In this document: in pieces, positions 15,561 through 15,623 of the stretch
Position numbering within the stretch: position 1 is the stretch's first letter
How the letters are laid out: the number at the start of each line of letters is the position of its first letter
Assembly: GCA_040220235.1 (NCBI GenBank)
Contig: JAVJTO010000066.1
Origin: Coleofasciculus sp. B1-GNL1-01
Lineage (GTDB): Bacteria > Cyanobacteriota > Cyanobacteriia > Cyanobacteriales > Coleofasciculaceae
DNA length: 15,623 nucleotides
Direction: 5' to 3' (one strand)
Position numbers and translations under genes: made by a program
The notes under the pieces: model-generated
Told to the model about the DNA's origin: nothing
What the model saw: the letters and a program-made list of their open reading frames with translations, nothing else
Databases searched by the model: none

Positions 15561-15623
15561 AAAAAAGCAATTCTAATAAAACAAGCTTTTGATTCTGTTG
15601 GAGCCTTTGCTACTTAAGAGTTT

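Overview
Cyanobacterial chromosomal DNA. It carries at least 11 GCGATCGC HIP1 octamers, cyanobacterial gene families and heptamer/REP-like repeats, and is probably from a filamentous Oscillatoriales/Coleofasciculus-type genome (inference). Left to right: (1) the 3' end of an IS transposase, whose right end cuts off a pseudo-receiver/PAS/GAF signalling gene that is also frameshifted; (2) a probable Ftn6 (DnaD-like) gene; (3) a DUF1565 beta-helix + 6xSLH surface protein; (4) a TA-flanked MITE; (5) a large ArnT/PMT-like membrane glycosyltransferase with C-terminal TPR; (6) two divergently transcribed tandem Ser/Thr kinases; (7) a GNAT acetyltransferase, trpD and a PAS-GAF histidine kinase; (8) a 26-bp tandem array fused to an inverted-repeat element, then a minus-strand terminator. 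Most notable: four different repeat families sit in frame inside the glycosyltransferase, the two paralogous kinases have unrelated C-terminal modules, and kinase 2's pilin-G/H-like domain is split by a single in-frame TGA. No CRISPR, RNA gene or DGR is supported.
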